Source: Callorhinchus milii
Lineage: Eukaryota
Direction of reading: 5' to 3'
Assembly: GCF_018977255.1 (NCBI RefSeq)
Contig: NW_024704743.1
Location: 95,916,001 to 95,980,000 of the forward strand
DNA: 64,000 bases
Shown here: piece by piece, positions 51,084 to 63,734 of the stretch
Layout: each line of letters begins with the position of its first letter
Position numbering within the stretch: the stretch's first letter is position 1
Translations under genes and position numbers: made by a program
The notes under the pieces: model-generated
The model's database searches: none
What the model was told of the DNA's origin: nothing
What the model saw: the letters and a program-made list of their open reading frames with translations, nothing else

Positions 51084-52349
51084 CATTATATAAAGGCACT
51101 ATATCAAATGCAAGGACGATTATTATTATTAATACTTATTTGAATTGCCACACACAATACTCAAGTCATTCTTAATTTAAGAGCAGAATCAATTTGCCCC
51201 CAATCGCCACACATTTATTTCAATCATACACTGTTTTGTGGTTGTTTTTTTCCCCACCTCCTCCTCCGCTGAAAACACTGGCTTCCACCAGTACGTCATC
51301 CAAACAGCAATTATTAATTTATAATAAACCTTATAATTTAATAATTCATTTCACGTGTTTGAAATGTATGAGGAATTCATTACAAAGTTAGTGATTGTAT
51401 AGTTTATAGGCAAACTCGGCAGCCAATGTGTGCACAGCTACATCCCAGAAACAGCTGTGAAGTGACATTAGGAAAAAAACGCCTTCTTTGTGAGGCATGA
51501 GCAAAAAATATCCATGCAGGACATTTTACACCTGACCCCAATCCTATACTGACCCAACATTTGAACACTCACATTCCAGCAAAATGTCTTAAAAGTTCTT
51601 CACAGGATTTCCTGTAAGGTGTGTTGGCTAGATATTTGTAGGCGAACACAGCAGCCAATTTTATTTTATGCCCCACAAACAGCCAATAAGTGAAGGCACC
51701 AGAGAAACTACCTCTCTTCTCAAAAAGTCCCATTAATGTCCACTTGAACAAACAGAAGGGACCTCAGTTTAACAATCCTTTAACAGCTAGTAAACAGCCT
51801 GCTCAGGTAGACAGTAAAGATCTGATGGTACTACAGTATTCGAGAAGGGAATTACTCTCAGTGTCCTGGCCAAAAATCTCCTAATTAGTACTGTTGTGAT
51901 GCATTAAGTTATATTGATTAAATGATGTTTCATCCACAAATATACTGTCAATTCACTTTACAGTATATTCTATGAAGCGCTTTGAGACGTCTAGAAGACA
52001 TGAAAAGCGCCATGTCAAATGGAAAAAATATTATTATTGTAAGAACATACACAACCCACAAGCTCTTTTGTCTACAAAATTCTGCTCCAAATAAGTTTAC
52101 ACTGATGTAGATAAAGGGATTCTGTTTTCTCGTTTCATATAAACTGCAGTACAGAAGGAGGTCATTCAGCCCATGGACCCTAAGATGGTGCTAACTCATC
52201 CACTGTAGTAAACCACCATGAACCCAATTCACTGCTTCCCCCATATTCTTTTATATTCCTCCTGTTCAATTCCTTTGAAGTGTTATGATCTCAGCCTCAA
52301 GTCCCTTGAGGCAAAGCATTCCATACTGTTAACTCTTTATCATTTTAAT

Positions 52350-53687
52350 CTCCCCTTCCATTCGGGTTTCCGTGCCGCCCACAGCACAGAAACAGCTCTG
52401 TTAAAAGTCACAAATGACATTCTGTCCATCTGCGACCAGGGCTTCCTCTGTCTCCTTGTCCTCCTTGACTTTTCTGCTGCTTTCCACACCGTCAACCACA
52501 CTATCCTCATACACTGCCTCTCCCCTCACCTCAACCTTCACAGCTCTGTCCTTGACTGGTTCAGATCATACCTCTCACACCGCCAGCACTTCATCTCCAC
52601 AATCGGCTTCTCCTCTAGCCCCCGCACCGTCTCGTGCGGTGTTCCTCAGGGCTCTGTCCTTGGTCCCCTCCTCTTCAATATCTATATGCTCCCTCTTGAT
52701 GACATCATCCGCAGACATGGGGTCAACTTCCACATGTATGCGGAGGACACCCAACTGTACCTCTCTGCCTCCACCCTTGACTCCAGGACCACTGCTGTCC
52801 TGACAGAATGTCTGTCAGGCTTCAAGTCCTGGATGAGAGCTAACTTTCTGCAGTTGAACATCAACAAGACCGAGGCTCTCCTGCTTGGCTTCCGTCAGCA
52901 CCTCCTCACCTCAGGCGCTGACGGCATCACCATCCATGGTTTCACACTCGATCTTGCTAATCCAGTCTGGAACCTTGGGGTCTTGTTTGCCTCTCAACTA
53001 TCCTTACTACCCCACATCTGGGCCATGACCCGCTCTGCCTTCCCCCACCTCCGCAACGTAGCCCGGCTCCGCCACTGTCTCACACCGCAGGCCACCGAAA
53101 CCCTCATACATGCTTTCATTACATCAAAGCTCAATTATGCTTGCCACTCCCCAATTCCTCCCTCCATAGGCTGCAGATCATCCAGAACTCTGCAGCCCGT
53201 GTCCTCTCCCCCACCAGGCTCCGCAACCCTATCACCCCCATCCTCATTGGCTTCCCATCACACAGAGGATGCAGTTCAAGATTCTGGTCCTCACCTTCCA
53301 AGCCCTCCACGGTCTTGCTCCCCCTACCTCTACGACCTCGTAACCCCCTACCATCCTGCTCCTTCCCTCCGCTCAGTGGGCTCTGGCCTGCCTCACATCC
53401 CCCGCCTCGCTCACCCCACTATTGGCGGGCGGGCCTACTGCCACTCTGCCTCCACCCCCTGGAACTCCATCACGCAGTCCCTCGCCTCACCCCCTCCCTT
53501 GCCACTTTCAAGACCCATCTCAAGACTCTCCTCTTCGACCATGCTTTCGATCTCCCTGCTTCCCCCCCCTGCCCTCCACCCTCCCTGACCCCAACTCCCA
53601 ACTCGGGTCCATAACTCTGTTTGTCCAGCGCCTTGGGATGTCCTCCCAACGTGAAAGGCGCTTTACAAATGTAATTTTGTTGTTGTT
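52350..53687 (+). mobile_element. L2-clade LINE, 5'-truncated, RT domain partly open (in the FSBP intron)
   Basis: SGFRAAHSTETALLKVTNDI, GVPQGSVLGPLLFNIYM and YAEDTQLY (YADD altered). Frameshift near 53140, (ttg)n tail. Confidence 0.93.
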
Positions 53688-55224
53688 AAATCTTCCAGTG
53701 TTTGAGACCCTAGTTCCGAGCACCAGCAATAATCTTTCATTGTCTATTCTCTTAAAATCAATCAGAATTTGGATATCTCTCCTTAGATCACTTCTTAACC
53801 TTGTATGTTCCTGTGGAAACAGCCCTAAATCTTTTCAAAATTTGTTTCTGTTATCTTAAAAATTTGTCTAAATAAATGGGCACGAAGGGAGAAGTCAGGT
53901 TTCCACCGCTGAGTTAGCTCAAATTATAAGTTATACGAGTTATAATTTCAAGCTTTTAATGCGCTGAGCTGTTGTTTCAAATTTAGCAGGGGACAGTGAT
54001 CCAAAGAAGTTTTCCTTGTCAACGTCGGAGAGTTTAAAAAAAANCATAACATCTATTTGCAAACCCACGTTCCTAAAACCATTTGTAGTAAAAAGAGTGA
54101 AAGACACTTGTTGCCTGGGTCATTTTGTGGATCACTTGCATTTTTCTCTTCCCTTGGCAACCACAACTGAACATCAAGAGTGGCTCAGGTTGACTGCTTG
54201 TCAATTGCAAATAATGTTGCTGAAAAATTCCACAGAACTAAAAACAGCTATACGAGCTGCTCTTCCTCTTGTTCAAGCTTGTCTCCTTTCTTTTTTGGCA
54301 TGACTAAATGTGGGTTACAACATGGTCTGTAGCATCTTGTGTTGTGCAGAACAAGATTGGGTCTTTAACAGTCTTTACAAGCGCTTTTCCTCCATTCTTA
54401 CTTTTTAAATAGAAACTTGGGAGCAGGTTGCAAATTAAATGCCCATCCAATGTTGCAGCAATACAGTCAAATTCCTTTTTTTTACAAAATACTGTGCCTC
54501 ACTTCAACAAAATGTCAATTTAATAATCTGCCAGCATTCCTACTCTGAATCACTATCCAGTGCCCCCTGCTGGATATGGTGTGTATTTGTGCACAGCAGT
54601 GTCGGTTGCCATACCCTTCAATGTTGATATTCATGTTGACATTCAGATCACACATGAAGAACAGTCACTTGGAAGAGGTACCAAGGGGAGAAGAAACTGA
54701 CACATTTCTACAAGTTTGAATGACCCCAACCCATGGTGGTAAATTGCTTCATTTAGATTTTTTTTAGAAAACATTAGTCCTGGACTTTTATTAATCCTCA
54801 TATCTAATTATTCCACTCTTATTTCTGCTCCGACCAATTCTTGCTTTGTTTCACGGCTTTCCTTTTTCTCATGAATGTCCAGTATCACCTGTGCTGTTAG
54901 CTTGGATAGCAAAACTTCACTCAGACTATTACAATTTATATGTGATGTACAGGTTTCAATTTTACTGATAATTTAAATCCTACAACAATGTTCTCTCAAT
55001 CAAACATTCTGGCTTGAACAGGATAGAAACTACAACAACAATTTATATTTGTATAGTGCCTTTCTGTTCGGGAGGATGACTCAAAGTGCTTTGGATAACA
55101 GACTGGGTGGCTGAACTTTGGGGGGTGGGGAGAGGGGAGCTGAGGAAGGGAAGGAAAAGATGGCTGAAAGTACGGTTAAAGAGATAGTTCTTAAGGAGGG
55201 TTTTGAAGGAGGGAGGAAGTTTTG

Positions 55225-55625
55225 ACTCAGTTCGTAGCACTCTCATCCTCACCTCTGAGTCAGAAGGTTGTGGATCATATCAGGACTTGCAATTCATGTT
55301 ATCAAGCTGACACTGACACTAGGCTGACACAGTTTGCTGGAGGTGCACTGCATTGCAGAAAGTCAGCAACTTGATGATGTCCCGACTACCTTTTTATCTG
55401 GATGTTGATGATCCCCTGGCATTATTCAAAAAGAGAAGGGCATTTCTGTCAGTGTTGGGGCTAGCAATCCCCCAGTTAAAATTGGTCTTTCATTTTATGG
55501 ATGTTTGTAGCACATTGCTGTGCAAAGCTGGCTCCCACATTTGCCTACAAAACACAGTCACTACACTTTACAGTAAAACATCTTGACAATGAGACAAGGT
55601 GCTATATCAAATCAAAGAATATTGT
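55225..55625 (+). mobile_element. Deu-domain-like SINE (family B), degenerate
   Basis: actcagttcgtagcactctc...ctgagtcagaaggttgtgg head and gatcccctggcattattc core. Confidence 0.65.
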
Positions 55626-55689
55626 GTAAAATTAATCAATTGGAATAAAATGTTATTGCTAAGCACTAAGCTCCGTGAGCTGAAAATCC

Positions 55690-56150
55690 CCATCCTTTCC
55701 CAGCATCTCTGGCTACTCCTCCCCCAGAGGATTGAGTTAAAAATCTTTGTCCTCCCCTTTAAACCTTCCACAGTCTTGCTCCGACTTATCTCTGTGACCT
55801 CTTAATAACCCGTCCAACCTGCCCGCTCCCTCTGCTCAGCGGGCACTGGCAAGCTCCATTCCCCTGCCCGCTCCAGCATCGAGCATTTAGCCTTTCTGCA
55901 CCCACCTTTTGCAATTCCTTCCCGGAGACCCTCTGCCTCGCGCCCTCCCTTGCCTCCTTCAAGGCCTGTCGCAAGAACTTCCTCCTTGACTGTGTCTTTG
56001 GTTATCTTTCCAACACCACCCCCTTTGCCCTCTACCCCTTTTGACTCCAGCCCGCGGCTCGAATGCAAACCGTTGACTATCCAGCGACTTGAGCCGTCCT
56101 CCCAATGTGAAAGGCGCTATATAAATGCAATTTGTTGTTGTTGCTGCTGC
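55690..56150 (+). mobile_element. L2-clade LINE 3' fragment
   Basis: RIELKIFVLPFK motif and aggcgctatataaatgcaat(ttg)n tail. Confidence 0.8.
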
Positions 56151-56622
56151 TATGCCAACATTCTGAATTTTGAAAGATTTCAAAAATATCATTCTAGTTA
56201 GGATATTCTCCTAACACTTCGAAACACTGTTGGAAATTCAGGACCAGGTTTTAGGCTCAATAATAATCTACACATACATGCACCTTACAGCAGGGGTCGC
56301 TAGTGATCAAAACCATGACTTTTGTTGTTTGTTGCTCAGTGATGTAGTCCAGTTACAATCCTCCTCACTCCAAGACTCAAACTTGCGGTGCATTTTTGAG
56401 GGAGGCCCTCGGACACTTGGGACCTGAGGTAGCTGTGAAACTTCAATCTCTGCTCTCAGTCAGATTGATAAGTCTCAGGTGTGAATGTTATTTTTCACCA
56501 TTAACTTGTACGATGACACATACAGTACGGACTTGGAGAAACGCAGTGTTATTATACATAATTCAGGATTTTTTTTGCAAAGTTATTTTTCCAATAATTA
56601 ACAAAGCAACCGAATCTCTTAC

Positions 56623-57005
56623 CGTTGTAAGCTGTCGCTGTCCATCACCTTCAACAGCGGTTGGAAAATGTGAGGAATCATTTCTAGGATTCTTCTAGTT
56701 GGTTCAGAGACGTTTCCTTTATAGTCTGGATGAAGCTGCTCTCTCCTGGCTACCTCTTGTTTAGCACTCTCCTTAATGCGCTTGTACAGTGTCCGCAAAG
56801 CTTGTGCACTGCGAGGAGGACGGTCCACACCAACGGCATTGTACTGCTGTGCTATAGATTCCCAGCACCGGTTTTTCTCCACTATGATAGCCTGATTATT
56901 TTTATGAACCTCCAGGACTTTGATATGTGGCCGAACAAGTTTCAGCAAATCTATCTTTTCATATATGGTGAAATTTGAGGAACGGTTTGATTTTTTCCCA
57001 AGCAT
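56623..57005 (-). CDS. FSBP: FSBP (fibrinogen silencer-binding protein) coding exon 1, Myb/SANT-like DNA-binding domain, nested in the RAD54B intron
   Basis: Encodes [34 protein letters not shown]...[43 protein letters not shown], matching the FSBP N-terminus. Donor CG|gtaaga, phase 2. An in-frame upstream ATG at 57023 is an alternative start. Nesting of FSBP in RAD54B is known from mammals. Confidence 0.93.
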
Positions 57006-58729
57006 ATTTTGCACAGAGCACATCCCGCAAACTTCTGAACTGCAAACTCTGTGCTCACACTATAAGCTGAAGCTTAACTAGGCCAGCCTCGTTTAGGCCT
57101 ACGCCTATCAGGAAGGGTTCATTGAAATTCCTTTCAGCTTGACTTCATCCAGAGATCATCTGCAGCTGATCATCTGCAGGCTGGCTAAGCTAGGCCTGAC
57201 CTACTTAAGGCTCCAGACTAAAATGAGACTGTGCAAGCCCCTGATGCTGAGACCAATCAAACGCTGGGGTCGGTTTGGTTATCTGATCTGTTATTTTGGC
57301 TATGAAAGCGGTAGCAACAAAATCTCTGTAAAGGTACAGGTGTTCTGAGACTGACATTTTACTGTGGTGAAGGCGAACTTATTTATATCGAAATTAGTCT
57401 GATCTTTGTGCCATGACATTGTACAGCAGTTTAAGTTTCTGCTTAAAAACTGCAGGTTTTTTTTTAAAAAACCTTAAAAGAGGAATTCGGTTTGAACTTC
57501 ATGTTTGACGCAGGAAAACTCGACACATGATCAAACAAAGAATTTTTTTGTTGAACAGAATGCACAAGTATTCTGTAGTCCGTGCACTGATCCCTGACAG
57601 GGCCCCAGTAATCCTGCTGTGGAGCTTTTAGTGTTGTTTGCATTCCCCATGCTAGTTCTGATGTCAATCAAGGAACTTCACTTCCTCTATCAAGCTAGGT
57701 TGTGCTCAGGTCAGACACTCTATGGCATCGCAGGCTGCAGGCAACTCAGTGTTTCTCAGTTCTCTTTCCACAGATGAAAAGTGAAATCATGTTTGGAGTC
57801 ATATTTGCAAACGATTGCGTTAAAAAAAAAATCTTAGAATTATGAGGGCTCTGAACATGCTTTGGAAATAAACACAGAACACAAGATTACATGAGACACT
57901 CCCTGTTGAAACACCCACAAAATAGCTTGCAAAAATAAGTCATTCAAATTAATTATATCATCATTTAAATTCAAACTCTGTGACATTTATGCGTCTCGGA
58001 GAGAGTTCCCAGAGTCTAGTACAATCATTTTAGCATATTTCAATTAATATGTAAAAATTCTACAATGCTCAGGAAGAAATTATAACAATTTCTGAATCTA
58101 ATTTAAATAGGTCAGTAGCCAGAATACTGATTCTGTATTAAGAATTAAGAATGGCACCATATTGTCATCTGCTGACATTTCAAATATGTAAGATAAATGA
58201 TAATTGCTTTGTCATAATCATATACCAGAATACTCCTGCAAAGATCAATGGAAGTAAAATAATCTTAGCAAGGCTTAGAAGAGTCAGGACAAATTTGGTT
58301 AACATTTGTTTTCAAGGCAACAAATTATTGTTTAATACGGTACCTACTAAACACAGAATGATATAAGCAAAACTACTAAAATATATAATATGGTGGAAAA
58401 AATTGTGACATTTAAAAGAAGCAGATCTTCACCAAAATGCATTTGGTGAATCTTTTTTGCCTTTGATCACAGACAAAAGGTGAAATTGTATTGAAACCTA
58501 TCAGGACACCTCTTGTGTTTTAGCAAAGTAATTATGATTAACCTAACATGTCTTTCTTACCCTTGAAATCTAAACAGTATTCTCAATATGAGGCACACAT
58601 GTTTCCCAGTACTTTGATGTATTTCCAGGGCTTTCCCAATAGTTCAGTTCTGAAGTCATTTTCTGGTGTGAAAAGGAACTGTATAGACCAGGAATGTTCC
58701 AGCTGCAATTCCCAGCTGTCCTGAGTGTA

Positions 58730-59188
58730 TAATCCAGAACTCTGCAGCTTGCGTCCCTGATCCTCGCTCAACTCCACTGGCTCCCCATCCCCCAATGGAA
58801 TGAATTCAAGATCCTTGACCTCCTGTTCAAATCCCTCCATGACTCTTCCCCTCCCCCCACCCTACCTCTGCAACCTCGTGCATTCATACCACCCCAGTCG
58901 TTCCTTCGGCTCAACCTGCTTGATTTCCCTGCCTGACTCACCACACTGTCAACGGCTGAACTTTCAGACATTCTGCCCCCACTTTCTGGCACTCCATCCC
59001 TCCTTGCTTCCTCCCTCCTTACCTTTAATGTTTTAAGACCTTTCTTTTCAACTGTACTTTTTGTCAGCTTTGCCCCCACCTTCCTCAGCTCCCCGCACCC
59101 CAGCTCAGGTTCCCAGTCGGTTGTGATGCACTTTGAGATGTCTTCCTGATGTGAAAGACACTAAACAATGTAATATTGTTGTTGTTGC
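58730..59188 (+). mobile_element. L2-clade LINE 3' fragment, degenerate
   Basis: atccagaactctgcagc...ctccactggctcccc...ttcaagatcct, with a (ttg)n tail. Confidence 0.75.
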
Positions 59189-59279
59189 ATTACTGATCTC
59201 AATCAGAGCAGCAATGAGCATTACGCGTGGCCTCAGTTAAGAGGGAGGAGGGGAGAACTGAAACAAGTTATTTATGAGT

Positions 59280-60208
59280 GAGACATGGCATACATTTCCA
59301 CATGTATGCAGATGACACCCAATTCTACTTTTCCACCTCTCTTTGCGACCCCCAGTCCCCTGATGTTCTGTCAGCCTGCCTGTCAGATCTCAGGGGCTGG
59401 ATGAGCGCAAACTTCCTTCAGCTGAACGTTGACAAGACGGAAGCCATACTCTTTGGCTCTCGTCAACGTCTAAAATCACATGGTTCTCACCTTCTCCACC
59501 TACCCGATCTCCCCCTAAAACTCTCCGAACCCGTACGCAACCTAGGCATCAAGTTCGACTCCCAATTATCCTTCCTCCCCCACATCCAGTCCCTTACCAG
59601 TACTGCTTTCTTCCACCACCGATGCATCGCCCGTCTCCGCCAATACCTCTCCCCAAAAGCCGCCGAAACTCTGGTCCATGCCTTTGTCACCTCCCGGCTG
59701 GACTATTCAAACGCCCTCCTCGCCGGTCTCCCATCCACTACCATCCATAAAATCCAACTCGCACAAAACTCCGCTCCCCGATCACCCCAGTCCTTGCCAG
59801 ACTGCAGTGGCTGCCTATCCCAGAGAGGATCGATTTCAAGATCCTCATCCTCATATTCAAGTCCCTGCACTCCTCTGCACCCCCCTACCTCTCTGACCTC
59901 CTCTCTCCTCAAAGCAGTGCCTGTTGCCTTCGTTCCTCCGGGTCTGGCCTCCTCCTTGTCCCCCCGAGTCCTCTGCTCCACCCTCGGCGGCCGTGCCTTC
60001 AGCCACTATGCCCCGAGGCTCTGGAACTCCCTTCCTCACTCCCTTCGTCTCGCTCCCTCCCTTCCCATTTTCAGGTCTCTGCTGAAGACCTTTCTTTTCG
60101 ACCACGCCTTTGGTCACCTTCCCACCCCTCCCCCTGGCTCGGTCGTGCGATCCTAAACTGTAAAGCTCTCTGAGATGCCGTCTATATAAATCCAAGTTGT
60201 TGTTGTTG
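59280..60208 (+). mobile_element. L2-clade LINE 3' fragment
   Basis: HMYADDTQFY...[14 protein letters not shown]...GGRAFSHYAPRLWNSLP, with a (ttg)n tail. Confidence 0.92.
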
Positions 60209-60289
60209 AGGATGGATGGTGGAGGATGATTGTACAGGATGGTGTATTTAGAGCTTACCAGTTTATTAGATCTGAACAGATCCTTTAAT

Positions 60290-60815
60290 CCCAATGCCCT
60301 CCCCCCTTCAACAACCACTTAATACCTCTACTACCTAAGTATCTGTCCTTTAAATATCCTTATTGATTCTGTCTTACAGTTTTCTGGGCCAGAGCATGTT
60401 TATAACCCTTGGTGCCAAGAATTCCTTTCTGACCACATTCTATCTGTCTTAGCTCCGATTTTAAGGTTATGCCCACTCTTAATGGATTACTCCACCAAGG
60501 GCAACGGTCGTCCATTATCTAACCTGTCAAGTCTTTCACTATTTTAAATACCTAAAAAAAAATCACCCTCAGCCTCCTTTTCTATTAGAAACATAATCCG
60601 TCTACCCAGTCTCTGATTATAGCTACATCCTTTCAGCCCAGGTCGTAGTCTAGTGAACCACCCCTGACACCCTCTAAGGCTACTATATCCTTCCTAAGAT
60701 TAGATGCCCAAAACTGAACGCGGTATTCCAAATTAATTCTGACTGGCGCTCCATATAACTGGAAAAACACCTCCTTCCTTTTATATTGCAGACCTCTTGT
60801 AATAAATGTCAGCAT
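60290..60815 (-). mobile_element. CR1-type LINE fragment
   Basis: Minus-strand FITRGLQYKRKEVFFQLYGAPVRINLEYRVQFWASNLRKDIVALEGV. The left boundary is approximate. Confidence 0.8.
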
Positions 60816-60816
60816 C

Positions 60817-61006
60817 GCATTTGAGCTGCAGGAAGTTTACACCCATCCAGGCCCTGATGTCTGCCAGACAAGCTGATAGAACATCGGCGGACCTGGAGTT
60901 GGTACTGGAGGAGGCAAAGTAGATTTGTGTGTCATCCGCATGCATGTGGAAATTTACCCCATTTCTGCGGATGACATCACCAGGAGGGAGCATATAAATA
61001 AGGAAA
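60817..61006 (-). mobile_element. L2-clade RT fragment
   Basis: FLIYMLPPGDVIRRNGVNFHMHADDTQIY...WMGVNFLQL. Confidence 0.82.
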
Positions 61007-61179
61007 CCCATCTGCAAAGTCCAGGATCAAGCAGTGAGGTGGATGTGGTAAACACGGGAAGCGGCTACAGTGAGGAGGGTTCCGGCCCACACTGATCTGT
61101 CGCTAACCCTGGAGGCAGAGTCAGCTGCACAATGGGCGCGTTTATTTGCCCTTGCATGAAGACAGCTGATGGATTGAAC

Positions 61180-61577
61180 AGCTGGTGCTGAGTAAGCCTG
61201 GTACACGGCATTGGACTTGTACCTCGAGAATATCAAGGTGGCTGGCACATCACAAGCTCTCGTGTAAAGGTCCACCCACCACACTGAACGCAGATGCCCG
61301 TCAGATAGCTGACGAGGAAACTCTGCGACTTGGGGAGTCAGCTGCTGGAAGGTGTTACCTGGTGTCTGAGTTTGTGAACATGTGTCTCTAAATCCAGCAC
61401 TTGGAATCCACCCCGATTGGCCTGGAGAGACGTAAGCAGCCGCTGCTTAAACAATCTATCTCTGGGATTTCCACATGTAGGTGGGATGCATGGAAATCTC
61501 AGCTTGGTTTGGATAATCTTAAGCTTGGTGACAGGTTTCCACATGTGTCAAGACACCCAGCTGACTCCCAAAAAAGC
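61180..61577 (+). mobile_element. Old non-LTR retrotransposon 3' end (family C), internally deleted
   Basis: cattggacttgtacctcgagaatatcaag...cagatagctgacgaggaaactctg is clearly homologous to the reverse complement of about 31250-31500. It then jumps to the family's terminal segment. Confidence 0.7.
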
Positions 61578-62084
61578 AGCAAAATTTTCTTTCACTGTAC
61601 ATCACAAGGACGGAGCATACCCTATACACATTGCGCACCACTGGCAAAATAGTCACAATGTCTGAGTTTATAGGACACTGATTAAACTGCTTGAACACCA
61701 GCATCAGATCAGCAGCATTGTGCTCAGGTTAAGGCAAGACCACAATTCTTTTCCAAAGGGAATTGGATAGAAACATAAAAAAGAATAATTTCTTGACAGC
61801 CAGTATTGATACCAAACCTGTGCACACAGGAGATGCTCTGTCCACACCGGCAATCTGGACCTGACCAGAGTCACATCCCATCAGCTCACTTGAGGGCAAG
61901 AACAGTTCAGAAAAATGGTACAACTACACTTCCGTTATTCAATAATGTAGAAAGGAACTGACAGCATTATTGAATGAACGTTTATCTGGGCACATGCTGG
62001 AATATCAGACACTAGGACGGAGGTCTCCAACTGGCTGATCGCTGCAAGGTAGCATCTCATGCATGCTGAATAAAAATAACAGGA

Positions 62085-62812
62085 ACAATAACAAAGTTAC
62101 ATTTTTATAGAGCCTTTTGTCGTCGAGAGGACCTCCTAAGGCATTGGACAATCAGTACTTCGGATACGAGCTAAGGGTCGGGATCGGGGAGGGTGGGAGG
62201 GAGGTTAATCGAAGGCATGGTCAAAGAGATGGGTCTTGAAGGAGCCGGGGGGGGGGGGGGGGCGAGGCGTTGGGACTGCGAGATGGAGTTCCAGAGGGTG
62301 GGGGCAGAGTGGCTGAAGGCCTGCCTGCCAATGGTGGAACGGGTGATGCAGGGAACGTGAAGCAGGCCGGAACCCGCTGAGCGGAGGGAGTGGGCAGGTT
62401 GGTAAAGGGTTAGGAAGTCGCAGAGGTAAGGGGGAGCAAGACCACGGAGGGCTTTGAAAGTGCAGACCAGGATCTTGATCTGTATCCTCTGTGTGATGGG
62501 AACCCAGTGGAGTCGGGCGAAGATGTGGGTGATTCACAGAGCCTGGCACGGGAGAGGACACAGGCTGTAGAGCTCTGGATGATCTACAACCTATGGAGAG
62601 AGGAGTTGGGAAGGCCGACAGGCAGGGAGTTTGCATAGTCAAGCCTGGATATTTTGAATGCATGTTTGAAGGTTTCGGTGGCCTGCGGTGTGAGACAGTG
62701 GCGGAGTTGGGTGAAGTTGCCGAGGGGGGAAGAAAAGGGGTCATGGCACGGATGTGGGGTAGACAGAATAGTTGAGGGTCAAACAAGACGCCAAGGTTCT
62801 GGACAGGCTTAG
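62085..62812 (-). mobile_element. L2-clade LINE 3' fragment
   Basis: Reverse-strand FDPQLF...FKTHLFDHAFD. Confidence 0.85.
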
Positions 62813-63734
62813 TAAGGTGTATCCTTGCCAGGAGGGATATTTATTGCAATTTAAACATCAATGCTTATATTTTTATTTTAAGATGCATGAGATACTCTGG
62901 CTTCAACTTTTTGAGTCAAAAACAACACAGTTCTGTCTCTTTTCTCTTGCCTTTTTGATTATGTACTACAGCGCCATCTAGTGTTGATCAATTCGGAGGG
63001 ATTTGGAGACACCTGCTCTCGGACATCATTTCTTCTTAGAGGATCATGTCTTTTCAACGCTAGGATGACCATGACCAAACAACCCCCCAAAACTTTACCT
63101 GAGCACACCCAGAGACAGCTTCAAGAACAATAAAATTATTTATATAACACCTTTCATGTCAGGAAGACACCTCAAAGATTCTCACTGCTTGTAGACCAAT
63201 TGCATTCTGAACAGGAAGGTTTCAAACCTTACATTGCCTGCTAGACAACAGTTACCAATACGATACAGGTATCCAGATATTTGACATTTTGCCACTGGGC
63301 TATTTTTTGTAAAACAACCAACCAACAACAACTTGCACTTGAAAAGCACCTATCACATAAGTGAACTCCTTGATGTTTTTACAGAAACAGAGTGGGAGAT
63401 AGGAGGGGTAAATGGAAGGAAGCCAAAGATGCAGTCAAAGAGATAGGTTTTTAGATGGTTTTGAAAGCTCAGAGGGAGGGAGCAAGGCGGAGGGATTTAG
63501 GGAGAGTTTTAGAAAGCAGGGACAAGATGGCTGAAAGCTGAACCGCCTGTGGTGGGTCTGAGGGAGCAGAGACATACAGGCCAGAGTTGGCAGAGCAAAG
63601 AGAATGGGCAGGAAATAAATCAACAGATCATAAACATAGATTAGGGCAACTATTTGAACGAGGATCTTTAATACAATCCGCTGAGGAAATAGGGAGCTGA
63701 TGGAGCCTGGCAAGGGGAGAGCTGAACGGGCTCA

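Noticed and set aside
52218..53588. 456-aa ORF, the longest in the window, as a host gene or active reverse transcriptase
   Set aside because: It is a 5'-truncated L2 copy with YADD changed to YAED, no endonuclease domain and a frameshift near 53140.
53916..53954. AT-rich imperfect palindrome (aaattataa...ttataattt)
   Set aside because: Short and low in complexity, with no target-site duplication or second copy.
58428..58458. 9-bp hairpin followed by a T-run, resembling an intrinsic terminator
   Set aside because: This is eukaryotic intronic DNA, and a stem this short is expected by chance.
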